From the NCBI GenBank assembly GCA_002269645.1, contig NIVC01003899.1, positions 1 to 64,000 of the forward strand: 64,000 bases of DNA, read 5' to 3'. The DNA comes from Macrostomum lignano (lineage: Eukaryota). The first letter of the stretch is position 1, and the number at the start of each line of letters is the position of its first letter. A program made the translations under genes and the position numbers. A model generated the notes under the pieces. It ran no database searches and had not been told where the DNA came from. It saw nothing but the letters and a program-made list of their open reading frames with translations. This document shows positions 1 through 15,900 of this stretch, piece by piece.

Positions 1-3000
1 GCGAACAGATTTCTCTGTCTGTTTTGAGGCTCTGGCTCTCAGAACCGCCCGAGAAAGTTTAGTGCCAAGAATGCTTCATTTTGTTAGAGATGCAATCAGA
101 AAAGATTCCTAGAAAGTGAGCTAGTCCAGCATCAAGGCAGAACATCTGGATGTGTAACGAGAGGCTCTCGGAGATTCCTGCTCAGATTATCGCCTAGAAG
201 TGCTGTAGAATAGCTGGTCCACCTAACCTACAGACACAACGTCGAACAGATTTCTCTGTCTGTTTGAGGCTCTGGCTCTCAGAGCCGCGAGAAAGTTTAG
301 TGCCGAAGAATGCTTCAGTTTGTTAGAATGCAAATCAGAACAGATTCCTAGAATAGTGAGCTAGTCCCAGCATCAAGGCAGAACATCTGGATGTGTAACG
401 AGAGGCTCTCGGAGATTCCTGGCTCAGATTATCGCCTAGAAGTGCTGTGGAGTAGCTGGTTCACACCTAACTACAGACACAACTCGAACAGATTTCTCTG
501 TCTGTTTGAGGCTCTGGCTCTCAGAGCCCCGAGAAAGTTTAGTGCCGAGGAATGCTTTAGTTTTTGTTAGAATGCAATCAGAAAGATTCCTAGAAAGTGA
601 GCTAGTCCAGCATCAAGGCAGAACATCTGGATGTGTAACGAGAGCTCTCGGAGATTCCTGGCTCAGATTATCGCCTAGAAGTGCTGTAGAATAGCTGGTC
701 CACCTAAGCCTACAGACACAACTCGAACAGATTTCTCTGTCTGTTTGAGGCTCTGGCTCTCAGAGCCGCGCGAGAAAGTTTAGTGCCGAGAATGCTTCAG
801 TTTGTTAGAATGCAATCAGAACAGATTCCTAGAAAGTGAGCTAGTCCAGCATCAACGGCAGAACATCTGGATGTGTAAACGAAGAGGCTCTCGGAGATTC
901 CTGGCTCAGATTATCGCCTAGAAGTGCTGTAGAATAGCTGGTCCACCTAACCTACAGACACAACTCGAACAGATTTCTCTGTCTGTTTGAGGCTCTGGCT
1001 CTTAGTGGTCCACATAACCTAACAGACACAACTGAAGCAGCTCCTCAGTCTGTTGTGAGGCTTTGGCTCTCAGTAGCTGGTCCACAGACTAACCTACAGA
1101 CACAACTCGAACAGATTTCTCTGTCTGTTTGAGGCTCTGGCTCTCAGAGCCGCGAGAAAGTTTAGTGGCCGAGAATGCTTCAGTTTGTTAGAATGCAAAT
1201 CAGAACAGATTCCTAGAAAGTGAGCTAGTCCAGCATCAAGGCAGAACATCTGGATGTGTAACGAGAGGCTCTCGAGATTCCTGGCTCAGATTATCGCCTA
1301 GAAGTGCTGTAGAATAGCTGGTCCACCTAAACCTACAGACACAACTCGAACAGATTTCTCTGTCTGTTTGAGGCTCTGGCTTCAGAACCGCCGAGAAAGT
1401 TTAGTGCCCAAGAATGCTTCATTTTGTTAGAATGCAATCAGAAAAGATTCCTAGAAAGTGAGCTAGTCCAGCATCAAGGCAGAAACATCTGGATGTGTAA
1501 CGAGAGCTCTCGGAGATTCCTGCTCAGATTATCGCCTAGAAGTGCTGTAGAATAGCTGGTCCCACGCTAACCTACAGACACAACTCGAACAGATTTCTCT
1601 GTCTGTTTGAGGCTCTGGCTCTCAGAGCCGCCGAGAAAGTTTAGTGCCGAGAATGCTTCAGTTTGTTAGAATGCAATCAGACAGATTCCTAGAAAGTGAG
1701 CTAGTCCAGCATCAAGGCAGAACATCTGGATGTGTAACGAGAGGCTCTCGGAGATTCCTGGCTCAGATTATCGCCTAGAAGTGCTGTGAGTAGCTGGTTC
1801 ACGCTAACCTACAGACACAACTCGAACAGATTTCTCTGTCTGTTTGAGGCTCTGGCTCTCAGAGCCGCCGAGAAAGTTTAGTGCCGAGAATGCTTTAGTT
1901 TGTTAGAATGCAATCAGAAAACAGATTCCTAGAAAGTGAGCTAGTCCAGCATCAAGGCAGAACATCTGGATGTGTAACGAGAGGCTCTCGGAGATTCCTG
2001 GCTCAGATTATCGCCTAGAAGTGCTGTAGAATAGCTGGTCCACCTAACCTACAGACACAACTCGAACAGATTTCTCTGTCTGTTTGAGGCTCTGGCTCTT
2101 AGGTGGTCCACATAACCTACAGACACAACTGAAGCAGCTCTCTCAGTCTGTTTGAGGCTTTGGCTCTCAGTAGCTGGTCCACCTAACCTACAGACACAAC
2201 TCGAACAGATTTCTCTGTCTGTTTGAGGCTCTGGCTCTCAGAGCCGCCGAGAAAGTTTAGTGCAGAATGCTTCAGTTTGTTAGAATGCAATCAGAACAGA
2301 TTCCTAGAAAGTGAGCTAGTCCAGCATCAAGGCAGAACATCTGGATGTGTAACGAGAGGCTCTCGGAGATTCCTGGCTCAGATTATCGCCTAGAAGTGCT
2401 GTAGAATAGCTGGTCCACCTAACCTACAGACACAACTCGAACAGATTTCTCTGTCTGTTTGAGGCTCTGGCTCTCAGAGCCGCCGAGAAAGTTTAGTGCC
2501 AAGAATGCTTCATTTTGTTAGAATGCAATCAGAACAGATTCCTAGAAAGTGAGCTAGTCCAGCATCAAGGCAGAACATCTGGATGTGTAACGAGAGGCTC
2601 TCGGAGATTCCTGGCTCAGATTATCGCCTAGAAGTGCTGTAGAATAGCTGGTCCACCTAACCTACAGACACAACTCGAACAGATTTCTCTGTCTGTTTGA
2701 GGCTCTGGCTCTCAGAGCCGCCGAGAAAGTTTAGTGCCGAGAATGCTTCAGTTTGTTAGAATGCAATCAGAACAGATTCCTAGAAAGTGAGCTAGTCCAG
2801 CATCAAGGCAGAACATCTGGATGTGTAACGAGAGGCTCTCGAGATTCCTGCTCAGATTATCGCCTAGAAGTGCTGTAGAATAGCTGTCCACCTAACCTAC
2901 AGACACAACTCGAACAGATTTCTCTGTCTGTTTGAGGCTCTGGCTCTCAGAGCCGCCGAGAAAGTTTAGTGCCGAGAATGCTTCAGTTTGTTAGAATGCA

Positions 3001-6000
3001 ATCAGAACAGATTCCTAGAAAGTGAGCTAGTCCAGCATCAAGGCAGAACAATCTGGATGTGTAACGAGAGGCTCTCGGAGATTCCTGGCTCAGATTATCG
3101 CCTAGAAGTGCTGTAGAATAGCTGGTCCACCTAACCTAACAGACACAACTCGAACAGATTTCTCTGTCTGTTTGAGGCTCTGGCTCTCAGAGCCGCCGAG
3201 AAAGTTTAGTGCCGAGAATGCTTCAGTTTGTTAGAATGCAATCAGAACAGATTCCTAGAAAGTGAGCTAGTCCAGCATCAAGGCAGAACATCTGGATGTG
3301 TAACGAGAGGCTCTCGGAGATTCCTGGCTCAGATTATCGCCTAGAAGTGCTGTAGAATAGCTGGTCCACCTAACCTACAGACACAACTCGAACAGATTTC
3401 TCTGTCTGTTTGAGGCTCTGGCTCTCAGAGCCGCCGAGAAAGTTTGGTGGCCGAGAATGCTTCAGTTTGTTAGAATGCAATCAGAACAGATTCCTAGAAA
3501 GTGAGCTAGTCCAGCATCAAGGCAGAACATCTGGATGTGTAACGAGAGGCTCTCGGAGATTCCTGGCTCAGATTATCGCCTAGAAGTGCTGTAGAATAGC
3601 TGGTCCACCTAACCTACAGACACAACTCGAACAGATTTCTCTGTCTGTTTGAGGCTCTGGCTCTCAGAGCCGCCGAAAAAGTTTAGTGCCGAGAATGCTT
3701 CAGTTTGTTAGAATGCAATAAGAACAGATTCCTAGAAAGTAAGCTAGTCCAGCATCAAGGCAGAACATCTGGATGTGTAACGAAAGTCTCTCGGAGATTC
3801 CTGGCTCAGATTATCGCCTAGAAGTGCTGTAGATATAGCTGGTCCACCTAACCTACAGACACAACTCGAACAGATTTCTCTGTCTGTTTGAGGCTCTGGC
3901 TCTCAGAGCCGCCGAGAAAGTTTAGTGCCGAGAATGCTTCAGTTTGTTAGAATGCAATCAGAACAGATTTCTAGAAAGTGAGCTAGTCCAGCATCAAGGC
4001 AGAACATCTGGATGTGTAACGAGAGGCTCTCGGAGATTCCTGGCTCAGATTATCGCCTAGAAGTGCTGTAGAATAGCTGGTCCACCTAACCTACAGACAC
4101 AACTCGAACAGATTTCTCTGTCTGTTTGAGGCTCTGGCTCTTAGGTGGTCCACATAACCTACAGACACAACTGAAGCAGCTCTCTCAGTCTGTTTGAGGC
4201 TTTGGCTCACAGTAGCTGGTCCACGCTAACCTACAGACACAACTCGAACAGATTTCTCTGTCTGTTTGAGGCTCTGGCTCTCAGAGCCGCCGAGAAAGTT
4301 TAGTGCCGAGAATGCTTCAGTTTGTTAGAATGCAATCAGAACAGATTCCTAGAAAGTGAGCTAGTCCAGCATCAAGGCAGAACATCTGGATGTGTAACGA
4401 GAGGCTCTCGGAGATTCCTGGCTCAGATTATCGCCTAGAAGTGCTGTAGAATAGCTGGTCCACCTAACCTACAGACACAACTCGAACAGATTTCTCTGTC
4501 TGTTTGAGGCTCTGGCTCTCAGAGCCGCCGAGAAAGTTTAGTGCCGAGAATGCTTCAGTTTGTTAGAATGCAATCAGAACAGATTCCTAGAAAGTGAGCT
4601 AGTCCAGCATCAAGGCAGAACATCTGGATGTGTAACGAGAGGCTCTCGGAGATTCCTGGCTCAGATTATCGCCTAGAAGTGCTGTAGAATAGCTGGTCCA
4701 CCTAACCTACAGACACAACTCGAACAGATTTCTCTGTCTGTTTGAGGCTCTGGCTCTCAGAGCCGCCGAGAAAGTTTAGTGCCGAGAATGCTTCAGTTTG
4801 TTAGAATGCAATCAGAACAGATTCCTAGAAAGTGAGCTAGTCTAGTATCAAGGCAGAACATCTGGATGTGTAACGAGAGGCCCTTGGAGATTCCTGGCTC
4901 AGATTATCGCCTAGAAGTGCTGTAGAATAGCTGGTCCACCTAACCTACAGACACAACTCGAACAGATTTCTCTGTCTGTTTGAGGCTCTGGCTCTTAGGT
5001 GGTCCACATAACCTACAGACACAACTGAAGCAGCTCTCTCAGTCTGTTTGAGGCTTTGGCTCACAGTAGCTGGTCCACCTAACCTACAGACACAACTCGA
5101 ACAGATTTCTCTGTCTGTTTGAGGCTCTGGCTCTCAGAGCCGCCGAGAAAGTTTAGTGCCGAGAATGCTTCAGTTTGTTAGAATGCAATCAGAACAGATT
5201 CCTAGAAAGTGAGCTAGTCCAGCATCAAGGCAGAACATCTGGATGTGTAACGAGAGGCTCTCGGAGATTCCTGGCTCAGATTATCGCCTAGAAGTGCTGT
5301 AGAATAGCTGGTCCACCTAACCTACAGACACAACTCGAACAGATTTCTCTGTCTGTTTGAGGCTCTGGCTCTCAGAGCCGCCGAGAAAGTTTAGTGCCAA
5401 GAATGCTTCATTTTGTTAGAATGCAATCAGAACAGATTCCTAGAAAGTGAGCTAGTCCAGCATCAAGGCAGAACATCTGGATGTGTAACGAGAGGCTCTC
5501 GGAGATTCCTGGCTCAGATTATCGCCTAGAAGTGCTGTAGAATAGCTGGTCCACCTAACCTACAGACACAACTCGAACAGATTTCTCTGTCTGTTTGAGG
5601 CTCTGGCTCTCAGAGCCGCCGAGAAAGTTTAGTGCCGAGAATGCTTCAGTTTGTTAGAATGCAATCAGAACAGATTTCTAGAAAGTGAGCTAGTCCAGCA
5701 TCAAGGCAGAACATCTGGATGTGTAACGAGAGGCTCTCGGAGATTCCTGGCTCAGATTATCGCCTAGAAGTGCTGTAGAATAGCTGGTCCACCTAACCTA
5801 CAGACACAACTCGAACAGATTTCTCTGTCTGTTTGAGGCTCTGGCTCTCAGAGCCGCCGAGAAAGTTTAGTGCCGAGAATGCTTCAGTTTGTTAGAATGC
5901 AATCAGAACAGATTCCTAGAAAGTGAGCTAGTCCAGCATCAAGGCAGAACATCTGGATGTGTAACGAGAGGCTCTCGGAGATTCCTGGCTCAGATTATCG

Positions 6001-8699
6001 CCTAGAAGTGCTGTAGAATAGCTGGTCCACCTAACCTACAGACACAACTCGAACAGATTTCTCTGTCTGTTTGAGGCTCTGGCTCTCAGAGCCGCCGAGA
6101 AAGTTTAGTGCCGAGAATGCTTCAGTTTGTTAGAATGCAATCAGAACAGATTCCTAGAAAGTGAGCTAGTCCAGCATCAAGGCAGAACATCTGGATGTGT
6201 AACGAGAGGCTCTCGGAGATTCCTGGCTCAGATTATCGCCTAGAAGTGCTGTAGAATAGCTGGTCCACCTAACCTACAGACACAACTCGAACAGATTTCC
6301 CTGTCTGTTTGAGGCTCTGGCTCTTAGGTGGTCCACATAACCTACAGACACAACTGAAGCAGCTCTCTCAGTCTGTTTGAGGCTTTGGCTCTCAGTAGCT
6401 GGTCCACCTAACCTACAGACACAACTCGAACAGATTTCTCTGTCTGTTTGAGGCTCTGGCTCTCAGAGCCGCCGAGAAAGTTTAGTGCCGAGAATGCTTC
6501 AGTTTGTTAGAATGCAATCAGAACAGATTCCTAGAAAGTGAGCTAGTCCAGCATCAAGGCAGAACATCTGGATGTGTAACGAGAGGCTCTCGGAGATTCC
6601 TGGCTCAGATTATCGCCTAGAAGTGCTGTAGTATAGCTGGTCCACCTAACCTACAGACACAACTCGAACAGATTTCTCTGTCTGTTTAAGGCTCTGGCTC
6701 TCAGAGCCGCCGAGAAAGTTTAGTGCCGAGAATGCTTCAGTTTGTTAGAATGCAATCAGAACAGATTCCTAGAAAGTGAGCTAGTCCAGCATCAAGGCAG
6801 AACATCTGGATGTGTAACGAGAGGCTCTCGGAGATTCCTGGCTCAGATTATCGCCTAGAAGTGCTGTAGAATAGCTGGTCCACCTAACCTACAGACACAA
6901 CTCGAACAGATTTCTCTGTCTGTTTGAGGCTCTGGCTCTCAGAGCCGCCGAGAAAGTTTAGTGCCGAGAATGCTTCAGTTTGTTAGAATGCAATCAGAAC
7001 AGATTCCTAGAAAGTAAGCTAGTCCAGCATCAAGGCAGAACATCTGGATGTGTAACGAAAGTCTCTCGGAGACTCCTGGCTCAGATTATCGCCTAGAAGT
7101 GCTGTGGAGTAGCTGGTCCACCTAACCTACAGACACAACTCGAACAGATTTCTGTCTGTTTGAGGCTCTGGCTCTCAGAGCCGCCGAGAAAGTTTAGTGC
7201 CGAGAATGCTTCAGTTTGTTAGAATGCAATCAGAACAGATTCCTAGAAAGTGAGCTAGTCTAGTATCAAGGCAGAACATCTGGATGTGTAACGAGAGGCC
7301 CTCGGAGATTCCTGGCTCAGATTATCGCCTAGAAGTGCTGTAGAATAGCTGGTCCACCTAACCTACAGACACAACTCGAACAGATTTCTCTGTCTGTTTG
7401 AGGCTCTGGCTCTTAGGTGGTCCACATAACCTACAGACACAACTGAAGCAGCTCTCTCAGTCTGTTTGAGGCTTTGACTCACAGTAGCTGGTCCACCTAA
7501 CCTACAGACACAACTCGAACAGATTTCTCTGTCTGTTTGAGGCTCTGGCTCTCAGAGCCGCCGAGAAAGTTTAGTGCCGAGAATGCTTCAGTTTGTTAGA
7601 ATGCAATCAGAACAGATTCCTAGAAAGTGAGCTAGTCCAGCATCAAGGCAGAACATCTGGATGTGTAACGAGAGGCTCTCGGAGATTCCTGGCTCAGATT
7701 ATCGCCTAGAAGTGCTGTAGAATAGCTGGTCCACCTAACCTACAGACACAACTCGAACAGATTTCTCTGTCTGTTTAAGGCTCTGGCTCTCAGAGCCGCC
7801 GAGAAAGTTTAGTGCCGAGAATGCTTCAGTTTGTTAGAATGCAATCAGAACAGATTCCTAGAAAGTGAGCTAGTCCAGCATCAAGGCAGATCATCTGGAT
7901 GTGTAACGAGAGGCTCTCGGAGATTCCTGGCTCAGATTATCGCCTAGAAGTGCTGTGGAGTAGCTGGTCCACCTAACCTACAGACACAACTCGAACAGAT
8001 TTCTCTGTCTGTTTGAGGCTCTGGCTCTCAGAACCACCGAGAAATTTTAGTGCCAAGAATGCTTCATTTTGTTAGAATGCAATAAGAACAGATTCCTAGA
8101 AAGTGAGCTAGTCCAGCATCAAGGCAGAACATCTGGATGTGTAACGAGAGGCTCTCGGAGATTCCTGGCTCAGATTATCGCCTAGAAGTGCTGTGGAGTA
8201 GCTGGTTCACCTAACCTACAGACACAACTCGAACAGATTTCTCTGTCTGTTTAAGGCTCTGGCTCTCAGAGCCGCCGAGAAAGTTTAGTGCCGAGAATGC
8301 TTCAGTTTGTTAGAATGCAATCAGAACAGATTCCTAGAAAGTGAGCTAGTCCAGCATCAAGGCAGAACATCTGGATGTGTAACGAGAGGCTCTCGGAGAT
8401 TCCTGGCTCAGATTATCGCCTAGAAGTGCTGTAGAATAGCTGGTCCACCTAACCTACAGACACAACTCGAACAGATTTCTCTGTCTGTTTGAGGCTCTGG
8501 CTCTTAGGTGGTCCACATAACCTATAGACACAACTGAAGCAGCTCTCTCAATCTGTTTGAGGCTTTGGCTCTCAGAAGGTGGTTCACCTCACTCACAGAC
8601 ACAACTCGAACAGATTTCTCTGTTTGTTTGAGGCTCTGGCTCTCAGGTGGTCCACATAACCTACAGACACAACTGGAACAGATTTCTGTGTCTGTTTGA
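1..8699. repeat. 238-bp satellite array interrupted by 139-bp (68+71 bp) short-unit dimers; runs off the left edge
   Basis: Monomer CTCGAACAGATTTCTCTGTCTG...GGTCCACCTAACCTACAGACACAA starts at e.g. 4243, 4481, 4719 and 5096-6286 (5 x 238). Short dimers start at 964, 2061, 4103, 4957, 6286, 7375 and 8466. Confidence 0.97.
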
Positions 8700-9775
8700 T
8701 TGTCAGTTAATTTTATTTTCTACCTTTGTAGGAGCCTGTGGTTGATTTTGTTCGCCTGAGCTCGACGAGACTGACTGCGTTTCACCGAGATGAAGGTTAA
8801 AACGAACTGTAAAAGAAGATTCAAACCACTAATTGACGAGAAATATAGAAAGGTTCATCATAGAGCTGAGCTGACGAAAGCGGATTCGATGGCTGAGTAA
8901 GCTGAAATTCGTGAGAGAGGCAATGACAGATCAATAACAGAAGCGGTCCCGGACCACGGAGGCAGGGAAGGTCCAGGAGAATATTTCGTAGAAAAAATAA
9001 GAAGATTAAGCCATCATCTGCGTGAACGAAAAGATGAAAGTCGGTAAAATGATTGGCTTATCATATGATTGCTCACCAACTCATTCAGTATAATAGGACT
9101 GATGTAGTCAAATCAATTTAATTTCAGTTTTAGTAACTTTTGTCGTTATTAAAAATGCCCTTCAACTTCTTGTAGGCTCGTACTCGGATGACCTTTTTTA
9201 ACTAATGGAATCTTACGTTTGTTAACATGTATTTGAAGCATACATTTTGACCTAAATTAGTTTTAATGAGTTTACAGTTAGTATTTGATATGATTCGGTA
9301 TTTATTTTCAAAATGCTTTATTTTCATTCACCTTCTTGTATTCACGCGACGCAACTAACTAATGCGATCGTACATTTGTTTAACCCGATTAACCCGATTA
9401 GTAATGCTAAATAAATTGGTTTGAACTTGGGATATTTTCATTAAATGACGTCGTAACCCTTTTATCTGTTCTTTTGAGAATTTCTGTTTTAATTAGTTCA
9501 AAAGAACAGTTTAAAGCAATAAATTTTCTACAACGAAAGAGGTCTAACTAAACCAACTGTTTTTTTGCGGTCCACCTAACCCGGTCCCCAAAACGTAGTT
9601 AGTGAACCACCACAGTTTCCCCGAACTGGCTATTCCGTCAAGTTAACAAAAAGATAACCCTAGCTAGCCTTTCGCGTTGTCAAAACAGACTCTATTTTTT
9701 AACCGGAATTGCGTGGTCCACGTAACGCATTAACATAACTCAGGTCCCGCTAAACACACAGACAGTCGTAAGAGT

Positions 9776-12396
<2,621 letters not shown>

Positions 12397-12422
12397 AGTG
12401 AGTGAGCCGGTCAGGCACTCAC

Positions 12423-12986
12423 GGATCTGGCCACACTATTTATTTTTTGCGGCCGGCCGGCAAGAGAGAGCAGCCGCCTGGCCTGCGGGTAGCCGGCAGG
12501 CCGCAGCTGCAGGTCCATGAGGCGGGACTTCTCAGTGAGCCCCAGGAAGCGATAGGTGCGCTGGATGACGCTAAGGTTGGGGTTTTTGCAGCGATCACTG
12601 AAATTGATGATGAGTTCGCCCAGCTTCTGCAGCGGCAGCAGCAGCTCGCGCATCCACACGGACCGAGTGGCCGGATCCTCGCCGAGGATGCTGCTGTCCT
12701 GGCAGACGATATTCAAGATAAACACCAGGCCGATCTCGCAGTTCATCTGGCCCATCTGCACGAAGGCCTGCTCCAGGCACCGGATGTCCCGGGTCGCGTC
12801 GCCCAGCAGAAGTCGGCAATAGGCGGCGTCCTGGTGAGCGGCCACCAGCTCGGCCTTGCCGACGGCCTTCCGCAGAGCCTCCCGGGCCTTGTCTTGAGCC
12901 TCCTGGTTCCGCTTTCTATCCCAGTGCGAGTAATCCTCCTCAGCCAGAGCTGTGGCGTACTGCGATAGAAGCTGCTCATCGTCGGC
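12423..12986 (-). CDS. TRANK1: TRANK1-like exon 15 (last exon identified with confidence)
   Basis: Acceptor CTCCCGCAG|GCC; ADDEQLLSQY...PQKINSVARS; donor TCC|GTGAGT; 564 nt. Confidence 0.8.
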
Positions 12987-15900
12987 CTGCGGGAGTGCAA
13001 ACGGCTCGGCTGAATGAACCACCGTCCAGCATTTTGTAATTCCCCACCCTCCAGCATTGCAATTCCCCAGCATGTAGCATCGAGAATTCCCCACCCCACC
13101 CTCTAGCATTGTAAGTCCTAACCCTCCAGCATCCAGAATGCTCCACCTTCTAGCATCTAGAATTTCCCACCCTCCAGTATAGAGAATTCCCCACCCCCAG
13201 CATCGAGAATTCCTCACCCTCCAGCATCGAGAATTCCCCACTCTCCAGCATCAAGAATTCCCTAAAATCCAGCATCGAGAATTCCCTACCCTCCAGCATC
13301 GAGAATTCTCCACCCCACCCTCTAGCATTGTAATTCCCAACCCTCCAGCATCGAGAATGCTCCACCATGTAGCATCGTGAATTCTCCTCTCCAGCATTTA
13401 CCTCGGAGGCGTACTTCCAGGCCTCATTGATGTAGCCGTGGTCGTACATAAACACGGCGGCTTCGCGCTTCTGATTCTCGGCAGCGTAGGCCGCCGCAGC
13501 CGACGGCAGCTCTTTGTGCTCAACAAAGAACATGACCCGCTCCTCCAGCGGCAGCGACTGCACCATCTTCTCCAGTTTCTCTTTGTTGTTCTCCCGGTTG
13601 TAGGCCTTGGCGCCGCGCAGCAGGATCACTTTGTCGTCGGGCAGCCTGGCCAGCTCGGCCTCCAGACGGGCGGCGTCGCCGGCGCAGCGCTGCTCGGCCT
13701 CCCGCTTGGCCTGCTGCCGGGCCTCGAACGCCTCAATGTAGAGCCGGTGCTGCAGCAGGTATTTGGCAGCTTGGGCGGCCCGGCCGGACAACTGCAGCGC
13801 CTCGGCTGCCCGGATGTAGTTCTGCGACTTGTCGAACACCTGCAGTGTCGCATCGAATGGGAAATTAAATAATTGAATTGATTAAAAAAATAGGACCAAC
13901 TGTCTACCAGAATCTTCGCCTACTATCTAACAAAATCATCATCCGCCATCTACCAGAATCATCATCCGCCATCTACCAGAATCATCATCCGCCATCTACT
14001 AGAATCATCGTCTACCATCTACCAGAATCATCATCCGCCATCTACTAGAATCATCGTCTACCATCTACCAGAATCATCATCCGTCATCTACCAGAATAAT
14101 CACCCGCTATCTACCAGAATCATCACCCGCTATCTACCAGAATCATCACCCGCTATCTACCAGAATCATCACCCGCTATCTACCAGAATCATCACCCGCT
14201 ATCTAGCAGAATCATCACCCGCTATCTACCAGAATCATCATCCGCTATCTACCAGAATCATCATCCGATATCTACCAGAATCATCATCCGCTATCTACCA
14301 GAATCATCACCCGCTATCTACCCGAATCATCACCCGCTATCTACCAGAATCATCACCCGCTATCTACCAGAATCATCATCCGCTATCTACCAAAATCATC
14401 ATCCGCCATCTACTAGAATCATCGTCTACCATCTACCAGAATCATCACCCGCTATCTACCAGAATCATCACCCGCTATCTACCAGAATCACCATCTGCTA
14501 TCTACCAGAATCATCATCCGCTATCTACCAGAATCATCACCCGCTATCTAGCAGAATCATCACCCGCCATCTACCAGAATCATCACCCGCTATCTAGCAG
14601 AATCATCATCCGCTATCTACCACAATCATCAACCGCTATCTACCAGAATCATCACCCGCTATCTACCAGAATCATCATCTGCTATCTAGCAGAATCATCA
14701 CCCGCTATCTAGCAGAATCATCACCCGCTATCTACCAGAATCATCACCCGCTATCTACCAGAATCATCATCCGCTATTTACCAGAATCATCATCCGCTAT
14801 CTACCAGAATCATCACCCGCTATCTAGCAGAATCATCACCCGCCATCTACCAGAATCATCACCCGCTATCTAGCAGAATCATCATCCGCTATCTACCACA
14901 ATCATCAACCGCTATCTACCAGAATCATCACCCGCTATCTACCAGAATCATCATCCGCTATCTACCAGAATCATCACCCGCTATCTACCAGAATCATCAC
15001 CCGCTATCTACCAGAATCATCACCCGCTATCTAGCAGAATCATCACCCGCCATCTACCAGAATCATCATCAGCTATCATGGGTGTTAGGCCATACACATC
15101 TAAAAGTGCAGACATCACACCATGCACGCGCTCACCCTGAACACGCGGTTATATTGGCCCAACAGCTGAAACAGGTTTGCCGCTAGCAGAGGCTGCCGGC
15201 CGTGCTCAAGACACTTGGCCGCCTGCTCAATCCAGCCGAGTTTCAAATAGATCCTAGCGGCCGATACGAAATCCTCGCGCTGCTGCTTCGGCTCGGTGAG
15301 TTTCAGAGCCCGCAAAGCCTTGCCATTAGCTTCGGCCAGTTGTTTGAGATCGGCGTCGCCTGACCGATTATAGCACTTGGCGGCCAGGTCGAACAGGCGC
15401 CTGCAGTAGAACTCGTGGCCTTTGGCGCGCCACTGCTCCGGACTGGAGGTGGCGGCGAAACCGTCGGCGCATTCCAGCGACAGCTCAAGCGACTCGCTGC
15501 CCGTGGCAACCACGTTAACGACCTTGAGGTGGGCGTCAAAGTGTATTGTATTTTTAATAGAGAATTTCAGGCCGAGTAAAGGACACTACACTGACAAATT
15601 GGTTGTTGTAGCCAGCTTCCAGCCCAGGGACCTCTGTAGTTTGCGCCTCGGTAGCTGGTTGTGCCCCCCTCTGTAGCTGGTTGTGAACCCTCTGTAGCAG
15701 GCTGTGCCCCCTCTGTAGCTGGTTGTGCTCCCTCTGTAGCTGGTTGTGCCCTCCTCTGTAGCTGGTTGTGAACCCTCTGTAGCTGGTTGTGCCCCCTTCT
15801 GTAGCTGGTTGCGCCCCCTTCTGTAGCTGGTTGTGCCCCCTCTGTAGCAGGTTGTGCCCCCTCTGTAGCTGGTTGTGCCCCCCCCTCTGTAGCTGGTTGT

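Noticed and set aside
1-2000. Apparently higher divergence of the leftmost satellite monomers
   Set aside because: The differences are mostly scattered single-base indels that fade rightwards, typical of low-coverage long-read consensus near a contig end, so they are not treated as biology.
1-8699. Satellite or minisatellite arrays as CRISPR arrays, or as tandem ncRNA genes (5S, SL, snRNA, hammerhead)
   Set aside because: There are no unique spacers and no cas genes. I found no recognisable 5S, SL or snRNA sequence and no CTGANGA/GAAA hammerhead core on either strand.
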